Origin: an uncultured delta proteobacterium
GTDB taxonomy: Bacteria > Desulfobacterota > Desulfuromonadia > Desulfuromonadales > JACZKF01
DNA length: 64,000 bases
Assembly (NCBI GenBank): GCA_963816395.1
Contig: CAWFKQ010000005.1
Location: 416,001 to 480,000, forward strand
Direction: 5' to 3'
Within the stretch, counting starts at the first letter, position 1. Every line of letters starts with the position of its first letter. Below the pieces are notes generated by a model. It worked only from the letters and a program-made list of their open reading frames with translations. It searched no databases and was not told the origin of the DNA. The translations under genes were made by a program, and so were the position numbers. This document shows, piece by piece, positions 39,861 to 51,765 of the stretch.

Positions 39861-42395
39861 ATGGCCAAAAAGATGTTGATCAATGCCACCCATCCGGAGG
39901 AAAACCGGGTGGCCATTGTCGAGGACGGTATCCTTACCGAGCTCGACATCGAGATCGCCGGCAAGGAACAGACCAGGGGGAACATTTACAAGGCGGCGGT
40001 GGTGCGGGTGGAACCCGGGCTGCAGGCCGCCTTCATCGATTATGGGGGAGAACGCTTCGGCTTCCTGCAGATGGGGGAAATCCATCCCTCCTACTTCCGC
40101 GACGGCGAAGGACGCAACGGGGGGGAGGCCAGGCGCCCGCGCATCAACGATGTGCTGAGGCGGGGGCAGGAACTTCTGGTGCAGGTAGTCAAGGAAGAAA
40201 GAGGGACCAAGGGCGCCGCCCTCACCACCTTCATCTCCCTCCCCGGACGCTTCATGGTGCTGATGCCGGAGAGCGATACCAAGGGGGTATCGCGGAAGAT
40301 CGAGGAAGAATCCCAGCGCAAGAAGCTGAAGGAAGCGATGGCTTCCCTCGATCTGCCCCCCAATATGGGTTACATCGTCCGCACGGCCGGGATCGGGCAG
40401 AAAAAGGAGGAACTGCGCCGCGATTTCAATTACCTGGTGCGGGTCTGGGAGAAGATCGGTTTGGAAGCCCGCCAGGCCAAGGCACCCGCCCTGATCTACA
40501 AGGAATCGAACCTGGTCATCCGCTCCATCCGCGACTATTTCGCCGCGGAAATGGACGAGGTGCTGGTGGATGATCCGCGGGTCTACCAGGAGGCAAAGGA
40601 TTTCTTCCAGCAGGTCATGCCGGAGTTTGCCCGCCTGGTCAAGCTGCACCAGGAAAAACGGCCTATTTTCGCCCGCTACCAGATTGAAGAGCAGATCGAG
40701 ACGATCAGCAAGAACAAGGTTCCCCTGCCTTCCGGCGGCTCGATCGTCATCGATGCCACGGAGGCGCTGGTGGCGGTCGATGTCAACTCCGGCAAGATGG
40801 CCGGAGAACAGAACATTGAGTCAACGGCGTACAAGACCAATATGGAGGCTGCCGCCGAGGCGGCTCGCCAGTTGCGCCTGCGCGATCTGGGTGGGCTGAT
40901 CGTCCTTGATTTCATCGACATGCGAGACCGCAAGCATATCCGCGAGGTGGAGAAATGCCTCAAGGATGCGCTGAAGTCGGACAAGGCGCGGGTGACGGTT
41001 GGCCGCATCAGTCAGTTTGGTCTGCTCGAAATGAGCCGGCAGCGGATCAAGGCGGCACTCGCCGAAGGGTCCTATCTTGCCTGTCCCCATTGCGGCGGCA
41101 GCGGCCGGATCAAAAGCGCCGAGGCGCAGGCGATCGCTTTCCTCCGCAAAATCCATGCGGCAGTGGCCAAGGGGCAGATCGCCCGGGTGGAAGGGGAGAT
41201 TCCCCTCGACGTCGCCACCTATCTGCTGAATATCAAAAGGGAGGAGCTGCTGGAACTGGAACGGCAGCACCTGATGACAATCGTCATCAAGGGGCGCCCC
41301 GACTTTCTCGCCGGCCAGTCCGAGTTGACAGTGCAGAAGCGGGAGAAGGAGGATCTGCCGGTCCTTGAACGGGCACCGGAACCACCCATGGAAATGCCGG
41401 CCGAAGCTCTCCCCGTCCAACAGGTTCCGGTGGAAATGCCCGTCCAATCTCCGGCCGTAACCTCCCCAGTGGAGAGTGAACAGTTGACCGCTGAACGCCT
41501 CCGCGGAAACGTCTGAAGAGCCTGGCAAAAAGAAGCGCAAGCGCCGGCGGCGGAAGAAAAAACCGGGGGAAAGCCTGGTTGCGGAGGCGGCCGGCGGGAC
41601 GGAGGAAGAGCCGATCGTCGGAACCGAGGAAGAGCCGGCCGAGGAGCCGATCGCCGAGGAGGCTCTGCCGGCTGGCGAAGAGCGGGAAGAGCGGAAAAAG
41701 AAGCGCCGCCGGCGGCGCAAGAAGAAGCCCGCCGAGCCAGTCGAGGCGACCGGGATGTCGGTCGCCGCTGCAGAGAATCCAGCGGCAGAACCGGCCGCGA
41801 CGCCGGCCGACGAGAAGATCGAAAGCGCGGCCGGGATGGAGACACCGAGCCGCCGCTAACGATCCGGTCAGCCATGGCGCCGAAGCAGCGGAGGAACTAA
41901 AACCGGCCCCCCGCAAACGTCGGCGCAGCCGGAAAAAACCCGAGGCAGCAACGGCAGCTGCCAACCCGGGCGAGTCGGCGGCAGATACCCCGCCGAATCC
42001 GGAGTCCCTCCCGCAACCGGAGACTTCTCATCCGGAATCTCTCTCTGCGCCGGAGGAGGAAAGGGCCGCCGAAACTAAGCCCGAAAAAAGCGCCCGCACG
42101 GAAAACCCGGACAAGCAAACGGGTGCAGCCCACGGCGGAGACCGCGGAAGACGTCGCGGCAACCGAGCCGACAGAAGAACCCCCCGCGGCAAAGCCCGCC
42201 CGCAAGCGGCCGGCGCGGCGCCAAGCGACAGCCAGCCCACCCCCCGCCTCCCCGGCCGCCGAGGAAATGGAGATCCCGGAGAAGCAGGCCGCGCCGGCAG
42301 CCGCTGAGACAAGTGAGAAGAAGCCGAAGCGGCGGCCACCCCGCAAAAAGGCGGCAGCCAGCCCTGAACAGGAATCAGAGGCGACGCCGGAGTAA
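39861..42395 (+). CDS. rne: Ribonuclease E with long disordered C-terminal region, frameshifted after ~41500
   Basis: GNIYKA.V.RVEPGLQAAFID, DVNSG, DFIDM, CPHC; Lys/Arg and Glu/Pro-rich tail across frames. Confidence 0.9.
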
Positions 42396-42401
42396 ACTAG
42401 A

Positions 42402-42472
42402 CCAGTGAGGTAGTGAGGTAGTGTAAAAAAGATTCTACTATCTCGTTACTTACCACTTGCTATCTCACTTTT
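42402..42472. repeat. 8-mer repeat inverted-repeat element, possible bidirectional terminator
   Basis: AGTGAGGTAGTGAGGTAGT..ACTATCTC..GCTATCTCACT; same unit as 28444. Confidence 0.65.
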
Positions 42473-42489
42473 TTTGTTCTACTACTATT

Positions 42490-43138
42490 CTATTTTTCTT
42501 TCCCGCGCAGAAACACTACCAGTGCCCCCTCGCCGCCGTAGCGCCGGGGGGCGTCCCCCCACTCGCTCACCCAGGCGCCGGCATCTCGGGCGAGGAAACG
42601 CTCCATTTCCTTCCGCAGCACCGGTTCTCCCGCCGACCCGTGACCCTTGCCGGTGATCAGCAGTACCGTTCTTTTTCCCTGGTAGACGGCATCTTCAAGG
42701 AAATAGCGGGTCTTTTCTCTCGCCCTGACACGGTCCAGGCCGTGCAGGTCCAGCTCGGCCTCCGGAACCAGTTTCCCTGCTCGCAGCAGCTTCATCCGCC
42801 GGGGGGTGGCGGAGGGCTCGACCTCTTCAGGGAGCTCGTCTGTGAAAACCGCCTCCATTTTCCCGAGGGCGGCCAGGAAGATCGCGCGGTCGTCGGCCGG
42901 CGCCGTCTCCTCAGGGGATTCAGTCGCTCCTTCGGCCGGCGCTGCTGCCGACTCCTCACTCGACTCCCTCCCTTTTCACTTGCAGGCGGGACGCCTCGCG
43001 AAGGAACAGTTCGTCCTCGTCGACCGGCGGATCAGCCGTCTCGGGCGCCGGAGTCTTCGGGGGAGAGGAAACGCAAAACCCCTTCAGTGCCTTGAAGGGG
43101 TTGCTTTGATGCTTTTTCCGCTGGCGGGACAAGTTCAC
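42490..43138 (-). CDS. Smr domain protein, frameshifted
   Basis: LDLHG, ITGKGHGS, YGGEGALVV. Confidence 0.85.
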
Positions 43139-43860
43139 CGCCTCACGATCTTCCGGCGGCCCTGGACAGCCTTGGTCTGCTGCCGGATGAGAGTGCCGGG
43201 TTTTTCCAGGTGGAACTGCAGCCACATTTCCCCGTACCCTTTCATCTTCATCTTCCGCCCTTCGCGCAGGGCCTCCAGATTCGCCTGCAATCGTTCGTCG
43301 CCCTTGGTTTTCTTGAGCCCCTTCTCCAGAACGCTGGTCGCCTTATCCTTGTCTCCTATCCGCTCCAGGCAAAAGGCATAGAGATTCCACAACAACGCCT
43401 CCTTGCGGGTGGCGGCGGTCGCCTTCTCAAAGGTCTCAATCATCTTGCCGGGCTTGTTTTTCTTCATATAACAGATGGCGAGCATGCCCATGGCCATCCA
43501 ATGGCGGACGAGAGCGCGCTGCAGATAATCGAAGGCCGGCCCGAATTCCCGCCTGATATAAAGGATGGTGCCGATCTGGGCATCGAGCTGAGGGCGGATA
43601 TAGAACTGCCACCGGGCATACCTGTAGCCGCTCTCCAGAGTTTTCACCGCCTTCTCGACGCGCCCGGCCTGCAGATCCCGCTGCGCGACCTCCATCAGGG
43701 CGCCGATCTTCTTGAAGGTAAGGCGGGCCAGAAGGAGAAAGACGACGGTGAAAGCCGCCATGGCGGCCAGGGCGGCGATCCAGATATTGACTCCGGCGGG
43801 AACAGCCAAGGCGGCGAGGACGAGGGTAAAGACGAGCAGGGAGATGATCAGATTGAGCAT
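43135..43860 (-). CDS. Membrane-anchored TPR-like protein
   Basis: Two N-terminal TM helices then helical repeats. Confidence 0.7.
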   Translation of the reverse strand: MLNLIISLLVFTLVLAALAVPAGVNIWIAALAAMAAFTVVFLLLARLTFKKIGALMEVAQRDLQAGRVEKAVKTLESGYRYARWQFYIRPQLDAQIGTILYIRREFGPAFDYLQRALVRHWMAMGMLAICYMKKNKPGKMIETFEKATAATRKEALLWNLYAFCLERIGDKDKATSVLEKGLKKTKGDERLQANLEALREGRKMKMKGYGEMWLQFHLEKPGTLIRQQTKAVQGRRKIVRR

Positions 43861-44111
43861 GCGCTGGTGGGTCCTTTCCGCATTGTATTCCGGGGAATTT
43901 GGCGGACAGAGTGTAGCAACCCCGCCAGGAAAAGTCAAAGCAATAAGGGGGGAAACCTTACCCAGTTCAAGCGCTTTGGCGAACCAGGGCGACGCTCTTC
44001 GTCACTGTTCGGCAGGGTTCGCCGGGAACCCGGCCGCGACAAGGGGCATCCGGTACACGGGTGGGGGGCGGTGGCCATCCTCCCGGCGTCCCGGAAGGAT
44101 GGCGGGTGCGA

Positions 44112-46036
44112 CTATCCGCGGCTATCGTCGCCAACCAGCAGAGTCAGCTGGTCACCGGGATGCAGCACATCCTCTGCCGCCAGGTTGTTCCAGTCCATGA
44201 TCTTCCGCGTGGCGACGTCGAACTTGCGGCCGATCTGCCACAGGGTATCACCGGGCTGGACATGATAGATAATCTTGCGCATGGCGGCATGTTCGTTTCC
44301 GGCCGCAGCAACGATGGTGAGTTTCTCCCCCGGCTGAAGAACATGTCCCTGCTCCAGCCGGTTCCAGGTGCGCAGCTGATAAGTGGTCACCCCGTAACGG
44401 CGGCCGATCTGCCACAGGCTGTCCCCCGTCTGCACCTGGTAGACGATCCGGCGCCCTGTCGTCTTCTCCTGTTTGGCCACGACCGCCGGGCCGTCCCTGG
44501 CGACCAGCCACCATGAGGACCTGCCCGGGGTGAAGGAGGCTGTCGCGCCGCAGGTGATTCCAGGCCCGCAGATCCGTGCCACTGACACCAAACTTGCGGC
44601 CGATGCTCCACAGGTTGTCCCCCCGGCGCACTTTATAGGCAATGGTGCCGTGCTTCGCCGGCGGCTGGCCGTGGAGCTCCTGCAGAGGCAGTCGGCTCCA
44701 CCCCTTGCGCAGGGGGAGAATCAGATCGGCGCCGATCTGCAGGGCCCGGGGATTGCGGATGTGATTCATCGCAACGATATCCTCAACCCGGATTCCATAG
44801 CGATCGGCGAGGGCGAGCAGGGTGTCGCCGCTGTGGACCTGGTGGCGCAGGTAGTTGGCACGTTTTTCCGCCGGCAGCAGTGAATACTGCTTCTCGAACT
44901 GCTCTTTCGTGCCGGCTGGAATGCGCAGAGCATAATTCCGTTCCCCGGGCGGAGTACACCAGCGCTTGAGCTCGGGGTTCAGTTCCTTGAGTTCCTCATA
45001 GCTGGACTCGCAGTACTTGGCCACCGTCTCCAGATCGGTAGGGGTAGGGATCTGAACGGTATCGAAGGCCAGCGGTTCCTGGTAGGCAAGGTCGGTAAAA
45101 CCGTATTTTTCCGGCTCCTTGGCTATCAGCAGCACAGCCAGGAGTTTCGGTACGTAATTCTTGGTCTCGGTGGCCAGAAAAGGATGCCGGCTGAGTTCCC
45201 AGAAATCATGCGAGTCGTATTTCTCCACCGCCCGCTGGATTTTGCCGGGACCGGCGTTATAGGACGCCACCGCAAGGTACCAGTCTCCATCGAAACGGGC
45301 GTAAAGGTCCTTGAGGAATCGGGCAGCGGCCCGGGTTGATTTCTCGAAATCGCGCCGCTCGTCACGCCACCAGTCGCTCTCCATTCCGTAGAGGCGACCG
45401 GTGCTGCCGATGAACTGCCAGGGACCGACGGCATGCGCCCAGCTGTAGGCGCGATTGTTGAAGCCCGATTCGACCAGGGCAAGGTAGGCGAGGTCCTGCG
45501 GCAGACCTTCTTCAGCGAAGGTCTGCCGCATCAGCGGCAAATAGCGCCCCGAGCGCTCCAGCCAGCGAGACAATACCGTTTTCGCCGGTCCGGTAAAATA
45601 GTCAATGTAATAATGGACCTTTTCGTTCTCCACCACCGGAAAATCGAAGAAAACCTCATCGGCCGCTACCGTCTGCCCCTCGTTCTCCGGCGGATTTTCC
45701 CCAATCCCCGAAAGCACCAGGTTATCTTCCAGGGTTTCGGCATCCGGCGGGTCCTCGGAAGAGTCTTCCGCTGTGGCGAAAAGTTCATCGCTGTCGGAGA
45801 GGGAAAAGGAAGTCCCGATCTGGTCAGGGAAAAGGCTGTCGAAATCTGGCTTAAAAGCGGGATTCCGCACCACCGGAGTAGCCCCCGCCTGCGGCTTTTC
45901 GTTATTTTCCGAGCAGCGTAGCCCCCACCGGCGGGGGCGAATCGACCGTATCGGCGGGGGTGGACGGGGCTTCCCGGAGAGCCGGCGAAACGCACCCTCC
46001 CACCAGCAGCACAAGCAGGACATACCACCATTTCAT
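44112..46036 (-). CDS. mltD: Lytic murein transglycosylase with LysM domains, frameshifted
   Basis: Lipobox MKWWYVLLVLLVGGC; LALVESGF, GPWQF, ASYNAG, ETKNYVPK; four LysM repeats. Confidence 0.88.
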
Positions 46037-46273
46037 TGAGCAAAAACCTCCTGCGAACAGCTAAGACGAATACGAACAAGGGCCGGACCGTGTCCGGACA
46101 TGATCGGGCACCGGCTAGCCGGTGCGCTACCCGACCCATCAAACGGTTGCATCAGATGCAATTTCCGCTCCTCTCCGGGAAGGAGGTGGAGCTTATGGCT
46201 TGGCGGAAGACTGGTGCCGACAAAGATTGAGATTCATCGCCCGAGCCTGGCGCAATAATGCCGGATTCCGCGG

Positions 46274-47899
<1,626 letters not shown>

Positions 47900-47956
47900 G
47901 GGAGGGAAGAGGCCGGAAACTCGGACAGAGCCTCCGGAGGAATGAGGGAGGCCAGC

Positions 47957-48724
47957 TCAGGCCCCCTGGATGTTGTAGCCGGCATCGACGAAATGGATTT
48001 CTCCCGTCACCCCGCTGGCCAGGTCGGAGAGCAGGTAAAGGGCCGATTTTCCGACTTCTTCCTGGGAAACGCAGCGGTGCAGCGGCGCCCGCTCGTCCAT
48101 CAGCTTGAGTTTTTCCCGGAAATTGGCGATGCCGGAAGCGGCCAGCGTCTTGATCGGTCCAGCGGAAATGGCGTTTACCCTGATCCCCTGCTGGCCGACT
48201 TCGGCCGCCAGATAGCGGACGGAAGCCTCCAGGGCCGCCTTAGCCACCCCCATGACGTTGTAGTTGGGGATCACCCGACTGGCCCCGAGATAGGTCAGGG
48301 CGACGATGCTGCCGCCCTTCTTCATCAAGGGGGCGGCGCCGCGCGCCATTGCCACCAGGGAATAGGCACTGATATCCAACGCCAGATGAAAACCGTCGCG
48401 GGAGGTCTGGCTGAAAGACTTCTTCAGATCCTCGCGGTTGGCGAAGGCGACCGCGTGCACGACGAAGTCAATCTCCCCCCACTTCTCTCCGGCGGTTTTG
48501 AACACCGCATCGATCTCCTCGTCACTGGCCACATCGCAGGGGAGGATCAGCTCGGCGCCGACGCTTTCCGCCAGGGGGCGGACCCGCTTCTCCAGAGCTT
48601 CGTTGAGATAAGTAAAGGCCAGTGTAGCCCCATGCGCGTTGAGCTCCTGGGCGATCCCCCAGGCGATGCTCATTTCATTCGCCACCCCGAAAATGATGCC
48701 GCGTTTGCCTGACATCAGACCCAT
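47957..48724 (-). CDS. fabI: Enoyl-ACP reductase
   Basis: SIAWGIA, YNVMGVAKAALE, SAGPIKTLA. Confidence 0.96.
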   Translation of the reverse strand: MGLMSGKRGIIFGVANEMSIAWGIAQELNAHGATLAFTYLNEALEKRVRPLAESVGAELILPCDVASDEEIDAVFKTAGEKWGEIDFVVHAVAFANREDLKKSFSQTSRDGFHLALDISAYSLVAMARGAAPLMKKGGSIVALTYLGASRVIPNYNVMGVAKAALEASVRYLAAEVGQQGIRVNAISAGPIKTLAASGIANFREKLKLMDERAPLHRCVSQEEVGKSALYLLSDLASGVTGEIHFVDAGYNIQGA

Positions 48725-48762
48725 TGAATACTTCCTCCTTTAATCCGAGTGAATAGGATCTT

Positions 48763-49599
48763 TTAGCAGATCAGACCCGACAAAGCAAGAAATTTGCCGG
48801 CCGGCGGCTCACTTGGCGACCGGAGCGCAGGGGCGGCGGCGGTGGGATCAATGAGCTTCAGCAGGTCGTCGGCACTCTTATAGCCGGGCACCACCAAGCC
48901 GTTGGGGAGGATCAGGGTTGGGGTTGAGTGGATGCCGAGCTCCTGGGCCAGGGCGATATTCTCATCCACCACCTTGGTCTCGCACAGGGGCGGCGGCACC
49001 GTTTTGCCGGCAAAGCTCTGCTCCAGCAGGTCCAGCGATTTGGTGCAGACGATGCTCTTGGCCGCGGAGTAGGCATTGGGATGCATTTTCAGGGGAAACA
49101 TCTTGATCAGAAAGGCGACATTGGGATCGCGTTTTACCACTTCCTTGAGCTCCCCATGCAGGCGCTTGCAATAGGGGCACTCGGGATCGGTGAAGACGAT
49201 CACCTTGGTCTTCGCCTTGCTGTTGCCCACCAGCAGGGTGTCTTCCAGCGGGATTTTTGCCGGATCGACCCGGTTCAGCTCGGCAAGGCGCTGGCTGGTG
49301 ATATTCTGGTGGTCGGCGAGGCGGATGATGTTGCCGGTAAAGACGTATTTCTTGGAATAATCGATATAGAGGGGAAACTTCTGGCTGTTTTTCTCCACCT
49401 CAACCGCCCACAGGCCGGGAACCTGCGACGACTCGACCTTGATGACCCGATCGACCCCTCCCTTAAGTAGATCGCCAGCTTCGGTCACCGTCAGCTTATG
49501 GCAGTCGCTGCATTTTCTGCTGTCGCCGGCGACCGGCGCAAAGGCATAGCTGCTCACCACCGTGGACAGCAAAATAAACAGGGAAATCAAAATCTTCAT
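48763..49599 (-). CDS. dsbC: DsbC-family disulfide isomerase with N-terminal CxxCH
   Basis: FTDPECPYC, STPT cis-Pro loop; CSDCH after signal peptide. Confidence 0.85.
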   Translation of the reverse strand: MKILISLFILLSTVVSSYAFAPVAGDSRKCSDCHKLTVTEAGDLLKGGVDRVIKVESSQVPGLWAVEVEKNSQKFPLYIDYSKKYVFTGNIIRLADHQNITSQRLAELNRVDPAKIPLEDTLLVGNSKAKTKVIVFTDPECPYCKRLHGELKEVVKRDPNVAFLIKMFPLKMHPNAYSAAKSIVCTKSLDLLEQSFAGKTVPPPLCETKVVDENIALAQELGIHSTPTLILPNGLVVPGYKSADDLLKLIDPTAAAPALRSPSEPPAGKFLALSGLIC

Positions 49600-49701
49600 C
49601 GCTCATTCCTCTCTGGCATTGGGATCGCGTCGGGTCACCAATGCTATACCCGTTAACGCCCTTTTGGCAAGCCTGATTGGGACCTAACCGGAAGGGAATT
49701 G

Positions 49702-49730
49702 TTGACAGGGCATAAACGCCCTTCTAAGAT
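49702..49730 (+). promoter_or_regulatory. Sigma70-type promoter of mntP
   Basis: TTGACA-17 nt-TAAGAT. Confidence 0.65.
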
Positions 49731-49787
49731 GCCACTCCGCTCACCGAACCGGATTGACCGGCGGCACAGCGGCACGAGATCGGTACA

Positions 49788-50351
49788 ATGGATTGGATTT
49801 CTCTTCTCGGCATTGCCGTCGCCCTGGCCATGGATGCCTTCGCCGTGGCGCTGGCGGCGGGGCTGACCATCGATCCGCTGACCGGCCGCCAGGTTTTCCG
49901 GCTGGGTTTTCATTTCGGCCTGTTTCAGGCGGGAATGCCGGTACTCGGCTGGCTGGCCGGCCTTTCGGTGCAACGCTGGATAGCCAGCTATGATCATTGG
50001 CTGGCTTTCGCTCTGCTCTCTCTGATCGGCGGCAGAATGATTTACGAGGCATTGCGGGGTGGGGAGGAAAGGACGAAGGATGATCCCACGCGCGGCTGGA
50101 GCCTGGTTCTGCTCTCCGTCGCCACCAGCATCGATGCGCTGGCGGTGGGGCTATCGCTCGCCATGCTCGGCCTCAGCATCTGGCTGCCGGCTGCCGTAAT
50201 CGGCGGCGTCTGCGTTATCTTCACAGTCACCGGCATGCTGCTCGGCCGCCGGATCAGCTCCCTATGGGGTACCCGGGTCGAGATTTTCGGCGGCCTGGTC
50301 CTCATCGCCATCGGCATCAAGATCGTCCTGCAGCATACTGTTCTGCCATAA
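49788..50351 (+). CDS. mntP: Manganese efflux pump
   Basis: LAMDAFAV, ATSIDALAVG. Confidence 0.93.
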   Translation: MDWISLLGIAVALAMDAFAVALAAGLTIDPLTGRQVFRLGFHFGLFQAGMPVLGWLAGLSVQRWIASYDHWLAFALLSLIGGRMIYEALRGGEERTKDDPTRGWSLVLLSVATSIDALAVGLSLAMLGLSIWLPAAVIGGVCVIFTVTGMLLGRRISSLWGTRVEIFGGLVLIAIGIKIVLQHTVLP

Positions 50352-50359
50352 ACGGCCAA

Positions 50360-50614
50360 TCAGTGATGCCGCAGGGCATCGATCAAATCGGACTTGTCCA
50401 TCTTCGAGCGCCCTTCGATCCCCACCTCTTTTGCCTTTTGATACAGGTCATTTTTCGTCCAGTCCTCATATTTCGCTGCCCGGCCGCCCTTCCTGCCGGC
50501 TTCCCGGCGGTCGGTATTGGCGATTCGCGCCGCCTTTTCCTTACTCATCCCCTGCCCCCGAAGGGCTTCGTACTGCTCATCGTCCTTTATCTGCGGTCCG
50601 TGGTCCTTAGCCAT
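50360..50614 (-). CDS. Small protein with Rho N-terminal-like domain
   Basis: YEALR..GMSKEKAARIAN; GIEGRSKMDK..LIDAL. Confidence 0.8.
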   Translation of the reverse strand: MAKDHGPQIKDDEQYEALRGQGMSKEKAARIANTDRREAGRKGGRAAKYEDWTKNDLYQKAKEVGIEGRSKMDKSDLIDALRHH

Positions 50615-50737
50615 CGGTTTCTCCTTTCTTTATCTTTTCCCGAGGAAAAACCCGTCAGCCGGGTCCTTCTCTGCAACTGAGACATCTGCCGCGTGGCTCG
50701 GTCTTGGCGAATGGGGGCCGGCATCCGCGCTGGCTCG

Positions 50738-51145
50738 TCAGGGACGCCACGTCCACCATTCGTTGGGCCAACCGTAGGGCGGGCCGCCATACCAGTACCC
50801 CGGACCGCCCGGCGTCCAGAAGGTGGTGTCCTGGAGATACTGGTTGCGGCGCACGGCATCCAGATAGGTCTGCTGCATGTAGTTGATCACATTATCCGGT
50901 ACCCCCTGGTCGCGCAGGTCGGCCAGCTTGCTCGCATCCAGCCGATAAATAGTCTCCGACTTGCGCATCTTCTCCAGTATCTGATCGGCGGGAATACCGG
51001 CGCGGCTCATCTGTATCACCTCCTCCACGGTGACCGGGTGGGAAGCGGGCTCTCGCATGCCGGCGCAGGCCGTCAGAAAGACGATCATGAGCATGGCACC
51101 GACAGCCGGTGCTTTTCCCAACGAAAGACACCGCAGCCCGGACAT
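50738..51145 (-). CDS. Hypothetical lipoprotein
   Basis: LTAC lipobox; VIQMSRAG..L...GVPDNVI. Confidence 0.65.
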   Translation of the reverse strand: MSGLRCLSLGKAPAVGAMLMIVFLTACAGMREPASHPVTVEEVIQMSRAGIPADQILEKMRKSETIYRLDASKLADLRDQGVPDNVINYMQQTYLDAVRRNQYLQDTTFWTPGGPGYWYGGPPYGWPNEWWTWRP

Positions 51146-51240
51146 AAGCCCTCCTTTATCAGCGTTTACAGTGATTCTGCCGGAAAAATCTCCGGATGCA
51201 AGGCGGCCACGCGAAAGTGAGGTGTGAGGCAGAAATCGGT

Positions 51241-51723
51241 TTATGGTGAGTGTCGGCGGCGATAAAGAACATGCCGGAAGTCAGGAAATTGGCATGATTC
51301 CATCTCTTCCCATTCCCCCCTGTCCCAGGCAGGAAAGTGCTCCTCCCCCGGATAATCCCCGGCAATCCAGGAGATGCGCAGAGAATCGGCAATGGGCAGA
51401 GCCTGGGTATAGATGCTGCGGCCACCGATGAAAAAGAGCTTCTCCGCACCGGCCGCCTGCGCCAGGGCCTCGGCGAAGCTGCGGCAGATCTCGATACCGG
51501 GAGCGGGTCCGAGGGACCGGCTGACCACCAGATTGCGCCGGTTCGGCAGCGGCCGACCGATCGATTCAAAGGTCCTGCGCCCCATGAGCAGCGGGTGGCC
51601 AACGGTCAATTGCCGGAAAAGCCGCAGCTCCGCGGGCAGATGCCAGGGGATGGCGCCCTCGCGGCCAATCACCTGCGCTTCCGTCATCGCCACGAGAATG
51701 ATTTTTTTCTGCATTTGCTCCAT
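51241..51723 (-). CDS. folA: Dihydrofolate reductase
   Basis: VIG..IPWHLP, MGRRTFESIGRPLPNR, IGG. Confidence 0.9.
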   Translation of the reverse strand: MEQMQKKIILVAMTEAQVIGREGAIPWHLPAELRLFRQLTVGHPLLMGRRTFESIGRPLPNRRNLVVSRSLGPAPGIEICRSFAEALAQAAGAEKLFFIGGRSIYTQALPIADSLRISWIAGDYPGEEHFPAWDRGEWEEMESCQFPDFRHVLYRRRHSP

Positions 51724-51765
51724 GCGGTTACTGTTCCGCAACATTTCTCCACGGTTCTGCGGTCC

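Noticed and set aside
49731..49787. yybP-ykoY Mn riboswitch before mntP
   Set aside because: Leader only about 50 nt and lacks recognisable consensus
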